From the NCBI RefSeq assembly GCF_036365525.1, contig NW_027140453.1, positions 868,001 to 932,000 on the forward strand: a stretch of 64,000 bases of DNA, in the 5' to 3' direction. Shown here piece by piece: positions 49,001-62,048 of this stretch (positions within the stretch are counted from its first letter, which is position 1; each line of letters begins with the position of its first letter). This DNA is from Heterodontus francisci (Eukaryota). A model generated the notes under the pieces. The model searched no databases. It had not been told where the DNA came from and saw only the letters and a program-made list of their open reading frames with translations. The position numbers were made by a program, and so were the translations under genes.

Positions 49001-50698
49001 TTACCACAGGGATTATTGTTTGAATGTATGAATTGAGTTGTATTGCTGGGATCTATATATTAGATTTCCTCTAACACTCTGCTGCAGTCTCTCTCTGTGA
49101 ATCTCAGCCTCTCCTCTCACTGTATTGAATCTTCAGTCTCCTCATCATCCATTGCTTCAGTTTATCCACATTCCCAAACCATTTGCTCCAGTCTCCCCTC
49201 CAGCTCCAACATGTCCTTTTCCTTCTCTCCCTCCCAATTACCCTCACTGGCTCCACCTCCTGCTGCCTCGTCCAACCTGATAGGAATACAGTAACATATG
49301 AGTAGGAGGAGGCCATTCAGCCCTTCGGGCCTGCTCCACCATTCTGGATCATGGCTGATACTCAAACTCAGCGCTGCAGTTTTCAGCCTTTTCCCATTTG
49401 ATAACAGTCCCTAAACCCAGAGCAACAAACCATCCCGCTCTCCACAAACCTTCCTAACCAACAGTCTGGAGACACATTCTCAATTAACACATTGGATTCC
49501 ATCTCTGTAAAACCCCTTCTCATTTCCCCACTGACACTGCATCCTCACGCAGTACTTTCAGTATATCCAGTGCTGACTTTATTCACTTTCTATATCAATT
49601 TCCCAATTCATTATTAATAATTGTGTTTTCAAACATTTCACTTTGACAAAGCACTGCCCAGTTCAATGAATCAGTTTTCACTGCTCGATGCAGCAACAAA
49701 GCTGGAAATTTCAGCCCAGATCCTGTCAAACTGCTGCTTTGTCTCCAGGTCTGATCAGTAATTTCTCTGCTTCCTTTTCTCTCTCTCTTCCAGTTAACTT
49801 GGTGGCGATTGTGATCCTGTCCCGAGGAAAGTGCGGTCTCTCCAAATGTATCACTGTCTACCTGGTGGGAATGGCAGTGTCTGATCTCCTGGTCGTTATC
49901 ACTAATCCCATATTGAGATGGATTGGATCAATTTATTTTCCATATTCATTCCTGAACATTACTCCTGTCTGTTCTCTCCTTGCCGTTTTGATTTCTGCAT
50001 CCACAGTTGTTTCTGTCTGGCTCACAGTCACTTTCACCTTTGATCGATTTGTGGCCATTTGTTGTGAGAAGCTGAAAACAAAATATTGCAGCGAGAAAAC
50101 GGCGGCTGTGGTTGTTGGAACAGTGAGTGTGCTGGGCTGTTTAGAGTCTCTCCCCTGGTACTTTACACAGGAACAATATTACATTATTAATAATGTTCCC
50201 ATGGGTTGTGTTTATAAACTGAGTTTCTTTACTTCCCCCATATGGGGGGCATTTGAATTGTTTAATTACATTTTAACCCCTTGTGTCCCGGTCTTTCTGA
50301 TGTTGCTGCTCAATGTTCTGACTGTCAGACGGATTTTATTCTCCAGTAAAGTCCGCAGGGGATTCCGGCGCCACAGCAATGCAGAGAATCACAAGGACGC
50401 AGAGATGGAGAATCGCAGGAAATCAGTTATTTTACTCTTCAGTATATCCGGCAGTTTTATCCTGTTATGGGTGACCCGTGTTGTGTTTATCATTTATTGT
50501 CGAATTGCAGATATTCTATATTATTCCTCCCTCACTGACCCTCTCTTTATCACAGAACAAACATCAAAGATGCTGCAGATTCTCAGTTCCTGCACCAACA
50601 CATGTATTTACATTGTGACCCAGACTAAATTCAGACAGGAGCTGAAGAAGGGGGTGAAATACCCTCTCAATCTCATTGTTAAATTAGTGAAATCATAG
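46016..50698 (+). CDS. Class A GPCR, GPR139/GPR142-like orphan receptor, 324 aa; exon 1 46016-46085, exon 2 49794-50698
   Basis: Exon 1 MGYPVMYQFIFIYYPVLAAIGVP ends G|GTAAG and joins in frame at TTCCAG|TT to VNLVAIVILSRGKCGLS; MAVSDLL (TM2), FTFDRFVAIC (TM3), SCTNTCIY (TM7); seven hydrophobic segments; no stops. Confidence 0.9.
47408..48707 (-). mobile_element. CR1 3' portion in the GPCR intron, with (ATGTTCT)n tail and a nested SINE
   Basis: WQMEFNAEKCEV..EYCVQFWSPHY..RVQRRF resumes as FTRMLPG after the SINE. Confidence 0.95.
47853..48216 (+). mobile_element. tRNA-derived SINE (HE1-like) nested in CR1, TSD TAAAT
   Basis: A box TGGCGCAGTGG, B box GGTTCGATTCC, (AATCTCT)n tail; TAAAT at 47848-47852 and 48217-48221. 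Confidence 0.93.
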
Positions 50699-50805
50699 AA
50701 AGAGCTGAAGGGTTTCAAACACTGTAACTAAATCCCATTCCCCCCTCCCCCCCCAGACCCCCAGCTCCACCTCCCACCCTCCACCCACCTTTGTGATTAT
50801 TTGAC

Positions 50806-50910
50806 CGGCGCCATCTTTAGTCCTGGCAGCTGCCTGCACGTGGCAGACCATGACGTTTAATTGGAACAGTGTACATTTGCGCATGTGCTAGTACAGCGCC
50901 ACCTAGTGGT
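50806..50910 (-). promoter_or_regulatory. Motif cluster: YY1-like, CRE half-site, NRF1-like and consensus CTCF (50895-50909)
   Basis: GGCGCCATCTT; TGACGT; TGCGCATGTGC; AGCGCCACCTAGTGG (= CCACTAGGTGGCGCT on minus). Confidence 0.65.
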
Positions 50911-52944
50911 TGCCTTGTCAACAACCGCCGCCAGTGGACAAAGCTGCAAATGGCAGTGATTGTGAGGTGGGGAGAGGGGCAGTAACTGCAGTGAGGCAGG
51001 GACACCAGCAGATGGAGATGGTGAGAGGGGGCAGCAACTGCAGTGAGAGAGGGACACCAGCAGATGGAGATGGTGAGAGGGAGACTGTAACTGCAGTGAG
51101 AGAGGGGCACCAGGAGATGGAGATGCTGAGCCGTTGCTGATCGAGATTCTGTGTTGCTGAATGTTTGAAAGTTTTTACAAGTTTGCGGAATTTTCTTTCT
51201 GTAAACTTGAGATGCTCAATAAAATAATTTCAATACAGTTTGTGTAAAGTGGCTATTTTACTACGATGTAAACACTTGTAACATTAAACTCGTTACTGTT
51301 TGGAAAATTATTTTAAATGATTAAAGGTAATGGATAAATAAATTAACAGCATCAAATTAAACTCAATCATTTTCAAATAAAAACTCTCTATATAAGTGGT
51401 GTTCAATTCTTCATCACTATGGTTATGGCATCTCTGTCTCGCTCTCACTTCTCTCTGCTGGTATCTTCTCTACTATAATTCAGAGAAATTGAAGTTTTGA
51501 TCCGATTGTATTTTGAAAGTTAATATTGAATCTGCTTTCAGAAACCTGTCAGACAGTGAATTCCAGACCAGAGCAACTCCCTGCCTATTTGTTTCTCCCC
51601 TCTGCTAGTGAAAACAGTCTCTCCTCATATCTCCAAACTGAGGGAAAGATTTTGAATACAATATAATTAATTTCTCCAGGACAGCAGCTGCAGAGGAATG
51701 TGGACAAACAATGAACAAAAATCCCTCTGAATCCCCCAGGAGAACAGAGGAAAGAAACAGTCAGGAAGCAAATGGAAACAAGTGACACTTTATTGCAGCA
51801 GTAAAAACTCTTTGTCAGAATGTAGAGGTCTTTATCACTGAACTTTATATAAACTGGAGGTGAAAAGTGGAAGATCTTAAATATCATTTAAGATAAATGT
51901 CCATTTCCCAGCTTTGTAAACCCTTGTAACATTAAACTGGCGAATGTTCAGGAGGTTTTTTCGATTGATTACAGGCTAATGCATAAATACAGCAGCAGCA
52001 AATAAACTACAAAGAATCATTGACAAATATAACAGTAAATTTGGGTACGAATTGTTGTGTGAAATGTCACTGGTTATAAAAGTTCTCTTGGCTGCCGCAT
52101 TAACCTGGCTCCAGTTTCACTCTTTGTCATACAGTGAAATTGAAAAACCGAATAAAAACTGCCTGTTTATACTGCAGTCAAACCGGCCTCTCCAGCAATA
52201 ACACTTTGTCACAATTTCAAGGTAATTGCAGTGAGTCATTTTCTGAACTTTCTGTTAACTGGATGTGAATAGTGAAAGACATTTAATACAATCAGTGTTA
52301 AATGCCCATTATCCAAACCGGCCCCTCCAGGTTTTAAATGACAGCAGCTTTTCTGCTCTGTTCATGAGGTTTTTGGGGGAGGGAGAGAGAGACAGACAGA
52401 CAGACAGGTTTCTGTCTGGAATGGTCCATTTGGGATATGGCTGGAATATCCCTCTCTCTACCATTCCCTGTTTGCACAGAAACTCACCTTGGACTGTCTC
52501 ATACCTGGGAGGGAGTGTCCAGATGGAGGAAGCTTGTAGCTGGTTGGATAAGCTGTATTTTGGGTGGACTGGCTGTTTTGAGTGACAGGTTCTGGGATAT
52601 ATTAGGACAACATCAGCCTCCATTCTTTCTTTCCATGCGGCTGGTTTCTGAAGGAGAGTTTCTGTGTTTCAGTCTCTGTGTCTCTGTGCCCAGGTGAATT
52701 GCAAGCTGATTACAGTGTATGTGTGTGTGTGAATGTCCAGTCTGATTCCCCTGCTCTCTCTGTCCCAGTCCTGACGCTTATCTCCAAATCCCACCCCAAT
52801 GCCCCTCTCCAGGATCCTTTCCCCATGGATGAGTTGATGGAGAGATGGTGTTAGAGTCCAACGATGGAACGCAGACGGTGTGGGATGGTGTGTATCACAT
52901 CTTTATTGTCTCTCTCTCCCTTTCTCCCTCCTTCTGACTCAGTT

Positions 52945-53600
52945 TCTTTCACTCAGTCTCTCTCACTGAATCTCCCTATCACTGAATCTCCCTCTCACTG
53001 AATTCTCTCTCTCACTCAGTCTCCCTCAGTCAATCTCCCTCTCACTGATTTCTCTCTCTCACTGATTTCTCTCTCTCACTGAATTCTCTCTCTCACTGAA
53101 TTCTCTCTGTCACTCAATCTCTCTCTCACTGAATCTCTCTCTCACTGAATCTCCCTCTCACTGAATCTCTCTCTCACTCAATCTCTCTCACTCAATCTCT
53201 CTCTCACTCAATCTCTCGCTCTCTCAATCTCTCTCTCACTCAATCTCTCTCTCACTCAATCTCTCTCTCACTCAATATCTCTCTCACTGAATCTCTCTCT
53301 CTGAATCTCACTGAATCTCTCTCTCACTGAATTCTGTCTCTCACTGAATTCTCTCTCTCACTGAAATCTCTCTCTCTCTCACTGAACTCTCTCTCTCTCG
53401 CACTGAAATCTCTGTCTCTCGCACTGAAATCTCTCTCTCGCACTGAAATCTCTCTCTCTCTCGCACTGGAATCTCTCTCTCTCTCACACTGAAGTCTCTC
53501 TCTCTCTCGCACTCAATCTCTCCCTCTCTCTCTCTCGCACTCAATGTCTCTCTCTCTCTCGCACTCAATCACTCTCTCTCTCGCACTAAATCTCTCTCTC
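52945..53600. repeat. Tandem repeat CACTGAAT(CT)n, ~18-24-bp units
   Basis: Directly visible. Confidence 0.9.
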
Positions 53601-54414
53601 ATTCTCTCTATTTCTCAATCTCTCCCTCACTTTGTATTTCTGACTCTGTTACTCTCTCTCTCTCTGTTCCTCAATCTCTGCTCTCTGTATTTCTCCCTCT
53701 CTGTGTTCCTCCATCTCTCTCTCTCTCCCTCACTTTGTGTTTCTCTCTCTCTCTGAGTGATTGTGCGTCTTTCTGTCTCAATGGCTTTCTCTGTCATCTC
53801 TTTCAATCTCTCTGTGATTCTCTGTGTCTTTCTCATTGGCTTTCTGTCTGTCTCTTTGGTGCCTGCAATTTCTTTGAGTCTTTGTTCTTTCCCTCCACTT
53901 TTTCCCCTCCTCTTTTTCTTTCTCTTTCTGTCCTTTTTCTTATTCTGACTTTCCTTCAATTCTCTATTTCTGACTTTTTCTGTCTTTTCTCTATTTCTGT
54001 CTCTCTGTCTTTTCTCTATTTCTCTGAGTTTCTCTCTCTTTTCTGTTTCTGTGTCTTTCTTTCTTTTCTATCTTCTCTCTTTCTATTTCTATCTTCTCTC
54101 TTTCTCTTTCTATCTTTTCTCTCTTTCTTTTACTCTCACCTTGTCTCTCTCTTTCTTGTCTACTTCTATCTTTTCTCTGTCTCTTTCTATCTTTTCTCTC
54201 CTTCTTTTTCTCTCTCTTTCTTTGTATCTTTCTGTCTTCTCTATTTCTCTTTCTATCATTTCTCTCTCTCTTTCTGACTTTTTCTGTCTTTTTCTGACCC
54301 TATCCACCCCATCAATTTATCCACCCCTCAATTTATCCACCCCCTGCAATTTTTGTGCACCAAGCAAATCTTTTTCCCTGCAATACTTCCCCCCCCAGAA
54401 AACATCTCCCCCTT

Positions 54415-55082
54415 GCACAGACCCCCCCCAATCTAAATAATCCTCGTCTGCAGACCCCGATCTGATATCTCCTGTTAACTGACCCCCATCTAATACCCTC
54501 ATTATCAACAGAACCCATCTAATTATCCCCTTCCCTCTGTTACAAGACAACCCATCGAAATACCCCCAGACAGACTCCCATCTAAATATCCCCCCGCGAA
54601 CAGACCCCCATCAAAATACCACACCCCCCCCCCAGACAGACTCCCATCGAAATACCCCCCGGGAACAGACTCCCATCTAAGTACCCCCCAGGAACAGACT
54701 CCCATCTAAATACACCCCGAGAACAAGCTCCCATTTAAATACCTCCCACCCGTGAACATACTCCCATCTAAATACCCCCCAGTAACTTGCTTCCATCTGA
54801 ATAAACCCCCCCTCAGGACCAGACCCCCATCTAAATACCCCCCCAGGAACAAACTCCCATCTAAATACCCCCACCAGGAACAAACCCCTATCTGAATACA
54901 CCCCGGGAAAAATTTCCCATCTGAATAGCCCCCGGAACAAACACCCATCTAAATACCTCCCGGGAACAAACTCCCATCTCTATACCCGTCCGCAACAGAC
55001 CCCCATCTAAATACTGCCCCCTTCTGTGAACAGACCCCCATCTAAATACCCCCAGGAGCAGACTCCCATCCAAATACCCCCA
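54415..55082. repeat. ~30-bp C-rich minisatellite (AAATACCCCCCAGGAACAGACTCCCATCT)
   Basis: Directly visible. Confidence 0.88.
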
Positions 55083-58000
55083 TTAACTGACCGTAATCTA
55101 ATTCTGCCCCCTACCCTCCACTGTAAACACTTCCCCTTTCTGAATACCCTCCCTGTCGTGTAAAAGCAACCCCTTTATTTAATCCCACACTGTATCATCT
55201 CCCCCGTGAACAGCCCCCTCCCCGCACCCCTCCACCCCCCCCCCCCCGTGTTATTCCCACCTCCATCACTTACCTCGGTTTGGCTCCGTCTCCCGACAAC
55301 CCTTCGTTCACTTTAATTCCTGATCTGGATAAGCCAGTGGAATTCCATCAACAGGCTCCCAGAGCACCGGCACCTTTAACTCATGTCAGGCCAAACACTG
55401 GGCCGGGCATAGAGCAAGGACCTTCAGAGGCTAACTGGCATTCTGAGCCTTTAATGCACAGGAAGATCCCAGCTCCAGACACATCCCTCTCTGCAGAAAG
55501 GTGTTTCACCTGTTCTCCCCATCGGCTTCAGGGAATCAAACAGAGGGAGACACACACAAACACTCACACACTGACTGGCACAGGGACGGGAGGAGGCCAT
55601 TCAGCCTTTTGAGCCTGCCCACCCATGTTAGATCATGGCTGATCTGTCCCTTCCCCCATTGAGCCACAAGGAGACAGGCAGAGACAGTCAGGGAGCAGAT
55701 ACACAGAGAGTCAAAGAAACACTGGGCTGGACTCGGACTTGGTGCCAATGGTGCAAACCAGGATGGAGGGGAGGAGGGTGGTTGTGAATCGGCTGTCCGT
55801 TCAGCTCCTCCCCCCTGTTTTTACATCAATGGGAGCAAAACTGGGCAGAGATGGAAAGCAGGATCCCACTTCACAATCACCCTGTACAACACCAAGGCAG
55901 CGAGTTCAAATCCACCCCCAGACAGAGGGAGAGTGACACAGAAAACAGATCCCAGGATTAGGACAGAACAGAAAGAGAGAGAAATAAATGGAAATGGAGC
56001 TGGAGTCCGAAACCAGTGAGAGAAACTGAGAACAGAGGGACAGAAATACCGAGAAGGGCAGAGAGAGAGAGAAATGGAGACATACACAGAGATGTAGATA
56101 TTGAGAAAGATCGCAGACAAAGAGAGATGCAGAGACAGAAAGAAGTGGAGGGGCAGAGATACAAAGTAAGACGCGTTTCCAGATAAGAGAGGGGTGTCCC
56201 GGGATGGGGGAAATGCAGAGATAATCTTGCAGGAAAGGAGGAGCAGAGATGGAAAGATTCAGGGATTTGGAAGTGAGTGGGAGAAGAGAGAGAGAGACAG
56301 ATAAAGAAGCAGAGAATCGCAGAAAGAGAGTGACAATGGAAACCTGTGAGACTCTAGCGAGGGGCAGAGAAAGAAAGGATGTTGAGAGATAGAGATAGAG
56401 ATTTAAAGATGTGAAGAAAAAGAACTAGGAACAAGGAGGAAGGTGCAGGGAACATGTTGCAGCAAGAGATGGAGAAAGGGAAATCTACGGGATTACATTG
56501 ACTGTTCTGGAGCAGCGCTTCCCAAACTATTCCCTTCGGGAGCGCCCTCCAGCCCCCTCCCTATTGGGAGAAAAGCCACAGACCCCCGAAAACACAAAAT
56601 CAAAATACTGCAGATGCTGGCAATTTGAAATAAAAACCGTGCTGGAAATACTGAGCATTTCCAGCACTTTGTTTTTCTATCAGCCCCGAAATCACACACA
56701 GTCTTCTTTTTTGTATTTAGAAATGAACTTGACAATGACAAATATATATTTATTATTATTTTCCCTCCCTGGTTAAAGCTCTTGTCTGAGAATTCCACGT
56801 GGCCTAAAGATTCTACCTTTGCATCATCACAGCTGCAGCTTCCGAAAAGATTCTCCTTGGGAATAAGAAATAAATTAGATTCAAATAAAGCAAAGCATTT
56901 TTGAACAGAAATAAAACACAGCGAGAGCCCAGGGCTCTTTCTCTCACTCACTGACAGAAAACAATCTCCCAGTGACTCCCCATCTTACTAACACATCCCC
57001 GACACAGAGCCAGAGACTGGGAAGTGTGGATGTGTTTACCCTGTCATTTCCTGCTGTCTCTCCCTCCCTCTCTCTCTCTCTCTCTCTCTCTATTTCTCTG
57101 TGTGTCTCTCTACATCTGTTTCTGCCTCATTGTAAAAACACACAAACACTGGTGACCCCCATCCTCTCTCCCATAGAAGGATAGAGAGAGAAATCCACAT
57201 TCCCATCCCTGAAACTCTGCCAGGTGATTCATTTCACTGTCAAATTCAGCCCACAGCCTAAGACACCAGCATTATTCGGGAATGAGAACAAGCCTTTCCA
57301 AACCTTCACATTTCAGCCATTTCATTGCTGATTCACAGAAGTATTTGACACTCAATGAATTAATTTTTAAAGTGCTCGTCACTGTTGCAATGTTGGAAAT
57401 GCTGCAGGCCATTGGTACACAGCAAGATCCCACAAGCAGCAGTGTGATAACAGCCGGCAAGCTGTGCACAGCAAGATCCCAGCAATGGTGCCACTTCAAC
57501 CAAGGTTTTGCACCAAGGCTGCTCCTTTAACCCCAGGCTTTCAACCTATTTAAAACAGCAGGGCCCCAATCCGACAGGAACTGGTTAGCCCAGGACCCCA
57601 GACATGAAATTAAACCACGGCCTAATAAACAGACACAACTCACGTGGGCCCTTTGGGTGCAGCCTGTGGACAAGGCCTCAGTCCGTCCCCTCAGGAGGAA
57701 GCTCCTGTCCAAGGATTCCTCGTCCCAAACTTTCCCTCTTTTCATCTTCACCATGCAGTTTTCAGAATGAAAATTCCTAAGGCAAGACGGAGAGAGAGAA
57801 AATTGATTAAAATACATTGTTAAACAAAATAGCACAGCAAGAGCCCAGGAATTGCCCTCGGTTACACAGACACTCTCTCAGCAACACCCAAATACAAACA
57901 AATCACAGTTAATAAACCAAAGGATAAAAGGATTGTGACAGCAACTTCCACCTGTGTGTGTGTGTGTGTCTGTCTGTCTCATTATCTCTATCTCCACTGT

Positions 58001-58369
58001 CTCTGTATCTCTCTCTGTTCCTATCCCATTCGTCCCCTGTCTCTCCTTCTCTTTCTCTGTCCATATCTGTTTTTGTCCCTCTATCTCATATGTAGTGTTG
58101 ACTGAAAATAGTTATGAAATACTTCTGTCTCACCATTTAAACCAACAACAAATCACCCTGCTGTGTGTGTTTTTAACTATTAAAGGTTTAATTAGAGAGA
58201 CAGAGGGAAAGAAAGCTGGAGTGAGACAGAGAGACAAATCGAAACTCAGAACTTCAGTAAAATGAACTGAAATGAATCGGGAACATTTGACACTCAGTGA
58301 ATTGATTGTTAAAGTGGTCGTCACTGTTGCAATGTTGGAAACACTGCATGCCATTTGGTCACAGCAAGA

Positions 58370-60377
58370 ACAAAGAACAAAGAACAAAGAAAATTACAGC
58401 ACAGGAACAGGCCCTTCGGCCCTCCAAGCCTACGCCGATACAAATCCTCTATCTAAACCTGTCGCCTATTTTCTAAGGGTCTGTATCTCTTTACTTCCTG
58501 CCCATTCATGTATCTGTCTAGATACATCTTAAAAGACGCTATCGTGCCTGCGTCTACCACCTCCGCTGGTAATGCGTTCCATGCACCCACCACCCTCTGC
58601 GTAAATAACTTTCCACGCATATCCCCCCTAAACTTTTCCCCTTTCACTTTGAACTCATGTCCCCTTGTAATTGAATCCCCCACTCTGGGAAAAAGCTTCT
58701 TGCTATCCACTCTGTCTATACCTCTCATGATTTTGTACACCTCAATCAGGTCCCCCCTCAACCTCCGTCTTTCTAATGAAAATAATCCTAATCTACTCAA
58801 CCTCTCTTCATAGCTAGCGCCCTCCATACCAGGCAACATCCTGGTGAACCTCCTCTGCACCCTCTCCAAAGCATCCACATCCTTTTGGTAATGTGGCGAC
58901 CAGAACTGCACGCAGTATTCCAAATGTGGCCGAACCAAAGTCCTATACAACTGTAACATGACCTGCCAACTCTTGTACTCAATACCCCGTCCGATGAAGG
59001 AAAGCATGCCGTATGCCTTCTTGACCACTCTATTGACCTGCGTTGCCACCTTCAGGGAACAATGGACCTGAACACCCAAATCTCTCTGGACATCAATTTT
59101 CCCCAGGACATTTCCATTTACTGTATAGTTCACTCTTGAATTGGATCTTCCAAAATGCATCACCTCGCATTTGCCCTGATTGAACTCCATCTGCCATTTC
59201 TCTGCCCAACTCTCCAGTCTATCTATATTCTGCTGTATTCTCTGACAGTCCCCTTCACTATCTGCTACTCCACCAATCTTAGTGTCGTCTGCAAACTTGC
59301 TAATCAGTCCACCTATACTTTCCTCCAAATCATTTATGTATATCACAAACAACAGTGGTCCCAGCACGGATCCCTGTGGAACACCACTGGTCACACGTCT
59401 CCATTTTGAGAAACTCCCTTCCACTGCTACTCTCTGTCTCCTGTTGCCCAGCCAGTTCTTTATCCATCTAGCTAGCACACCTTGGACCCCAAGCGCCTTC
59501 ACTTTCTCCATCAGCCTACCATGGGGAACCTTATCAAACGCCTTACTGAAGTCCATGTATATGACATCTACAGCCCTTCCCTCATCAATCAACTTTGCCA
59601 CTTCCTCAAAGAATTCTATTAAGTTGGTAAGACATGACCTTCCCTGCACAGAACCATGTTGCCTATCACTGATGAGCCCATTTTCTTCCAGATGGGAATA
59701 GATCCTATCCCTCAGTATCTTCTCCAGCAGCTTCCCTACCACTGACGTCAGGCTCACCGGTCTATAATTACCTGGATTATCCCTGCTACCCTTCTTAAAC
59801 AAGGGGACAACATTAGCAATTCTCCAGTCCTCCGGGACCTCACCCGTGTTTAACGATGCTGCAAAGATATCTGTTAAGGCCCCAACTATTTCCTCTCTGG
59901 CTTCCCACAGTAACCTGGGATAGATCCCATCCGGACCTGGGGACTTGTCCACCTTAATGCCTTTCAGAATACCCAACACTTCCTACCTCCTTATGCCGAC
60001 TTGACCTAGAGTAATCAAACATTTGTCCCTAACCTCAACATCCCTCATGTCCCTCTCCTCGGTGAATACCGATGCAAAGTACTCGTTTCGAATCTCACCC
60101 ATTTTCTCTGAGTCCAAGCATAACTTTCCTCCTTTGTCCTTGAGTGGGCCAATCCTTTCTCTAGTTACCCTCTTGCTCCTTATATATGAATAAAAGGCTT
60201 TGGGATTTTCCTTAACCCTGTTTGCTAAAGCTATTTCATGACCCCTTTCAGCCCTCTTAATTCCTCGTTTCAGATTGTGCCTACAATCCCGATATTCTTT
60301 CAAAGCTTCGGCTTTCTTCAGCCGCCTAGACCTTATGTGTGCTTCCTTTTTCCTCTTAGCTAGTCTCACAATTTCAC
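58370..60377 (-). mobile_element. Young 5'-truncated CR1 LINE with an intact 508-aa RT frame, (TTCTTTG)n tail and TSD CAAGA
   Basis: KSPGPDGI, NYRPVSLTS, YMDFSKAFDKVPH, GVPQGSVLGP, FADDTK; one in-frame TAG at 59983-59985; CAAGA at 58365-58369 and 60378-60382. Confidence 0.97.
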
Positions 60378-61814
60378 CAAGATCCCACAATTTCATTTCA
60401 CCCTCAAATTCAGGGCACTGCCCAAAACACCATCATTACTCCGGAATTGTACTGGCTTCAAGCTCAGGACTTTAATTCCAGGCCTTCAGATAATGCAAAT
60501 ATGCAGATAATCTGTTTTTAGTGCACAGCAAGATCCCAGCAATGTTGACACTTCAATATTCAGTGTACCAAGCTTTTGAGTGTGGATTTCTCTCTCTCTC
60601 GCCCTCTCTCTGTCTTTCTCCATCTTTCTCTGCCTTCCCTCCCTCACCCACACTCTGCCTGTCTCTCTCTCTCTCTGTTTAACCTGCCACCTCCAGCTGT
60701 TTCTCACTCTCTCTCTTTTTCTCTCCATCTGTTTCTGCCTCAGTGTTGGATGCAGGAATTGATTCAGGGAATGTATGCACAGCAGGATCCCACAATGTGA
60801 TCATAGCCAAATATCCCATCACAGTCCTCAGAAAATGCTAAACTCCATCGTTAAACTAATGCCAAGTCTTTATACAGCTTCACGTTCAGCTCTTGCAATT
60901 ATTGTAAAATTCTTCTAAAAACACAGATAAATCCACACTCAGACCCTCAGGAAGCTGAATTTGAAACTGTTGTCATGGAAGAAATGCTGCAGGCCACTAG
61001 ATGCACAGCACGATCCCACAAGCAGCAATGTGATAATAGCCAGATTTCAGTCCCCAGAAAGAGCGAATCCCTCCTGAAACTGGGAACAAGCTGCTGATTC
61101 CGTCTCACTATTTCAAATCACGACAAATCGCATTGCTGTGTGTGGCATGTTTTTTTATTTGTTAAAGCTTTAAATGGAGAAGGCGAGTGTGAAACAGAGT
61201 CAGAGAAGAGAAAACATGGCGGGAGATAGAGACACAGGGAAAGAATGTGGAGACAGAGAGAAAGCTAACTTCAGAACTACAGTAAAATGAATTAAAATGG
61301 GCATCGTGCATCTTTTTTCTCTAAGTTCACGAAGCATTGCCCAAAACATCAGCAAACCTCACAGACAGGGCTGGATGGAACAAGTGCAAATGGGACCCTC
61401 AGGGTTTTTTTGTGTGCTGAAACCTTTTTCAGTGTCCAGTCCCTTCAACTTTTAATAAAATCTGTTGAACACAAATAAATGTAAGGTTTCTCCTACAAGC
61501 TGTTTTGTCCTCCTTCTTCCACTGTCACTTACCGTCACTCCCTATCTCTCTCTGTGTCTCTCACAGGACTGGGCAGACACAGGGGATTGTTACAGAGGTT
61601 CTGTTGGCCATTGTTAGTGTCATCAGTGTGGATTGTAAAATTTGTGTGTGTGTGTGTGTGTGTGTCTGTCAGTCTCTGTGTGTGTCTGTGTGTGTCTACA
61701 TGTTTGTGTGTGTGAGAGAGAGAATCTCAGGGTCACCTCTCTGCATCTCTATCTCTCCTTCTCTCTCCGTTTCTCCTTCTCTCTCGATCTCTCCCTCTCT
61801 CAGTCTGCCCTTCT

Positions 61815-62048
61815 CATAGAAACATAGAAAATAGGAGCAGGAGCAGGCCATTCGGCCCCTCGGGTCTGCTCTGCCATTCAATAAAGATCATGACCAATGG
61901 GCTAATTCAGTACCCTGTTCCTACTTTCTCCCCATAGCCCTTGATCCCTTTGACACTAAGAAATATATCTCTTCCCTCCTTGAATATCTTTAATGACTTG
62001 GCCTCCACTGCCTTCTGCGGCAGAGAATTCCACAGGTTCACCACCCCC
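61815..62048 (-). mobile_element. CR1 3' end fragment
   Basis: CATAGAAACATAGAAA tail followed by GGCCATTCGGCCC. Confidence 0.8.

Noticed and set aside
49688-49793. ORF-track N-terminus MQQQSWKF... of the GPCR
   Set aside because: Intronic read-through; the acceptor at 49793 and exon 1 at 46016-46085 supply the rest of TM1
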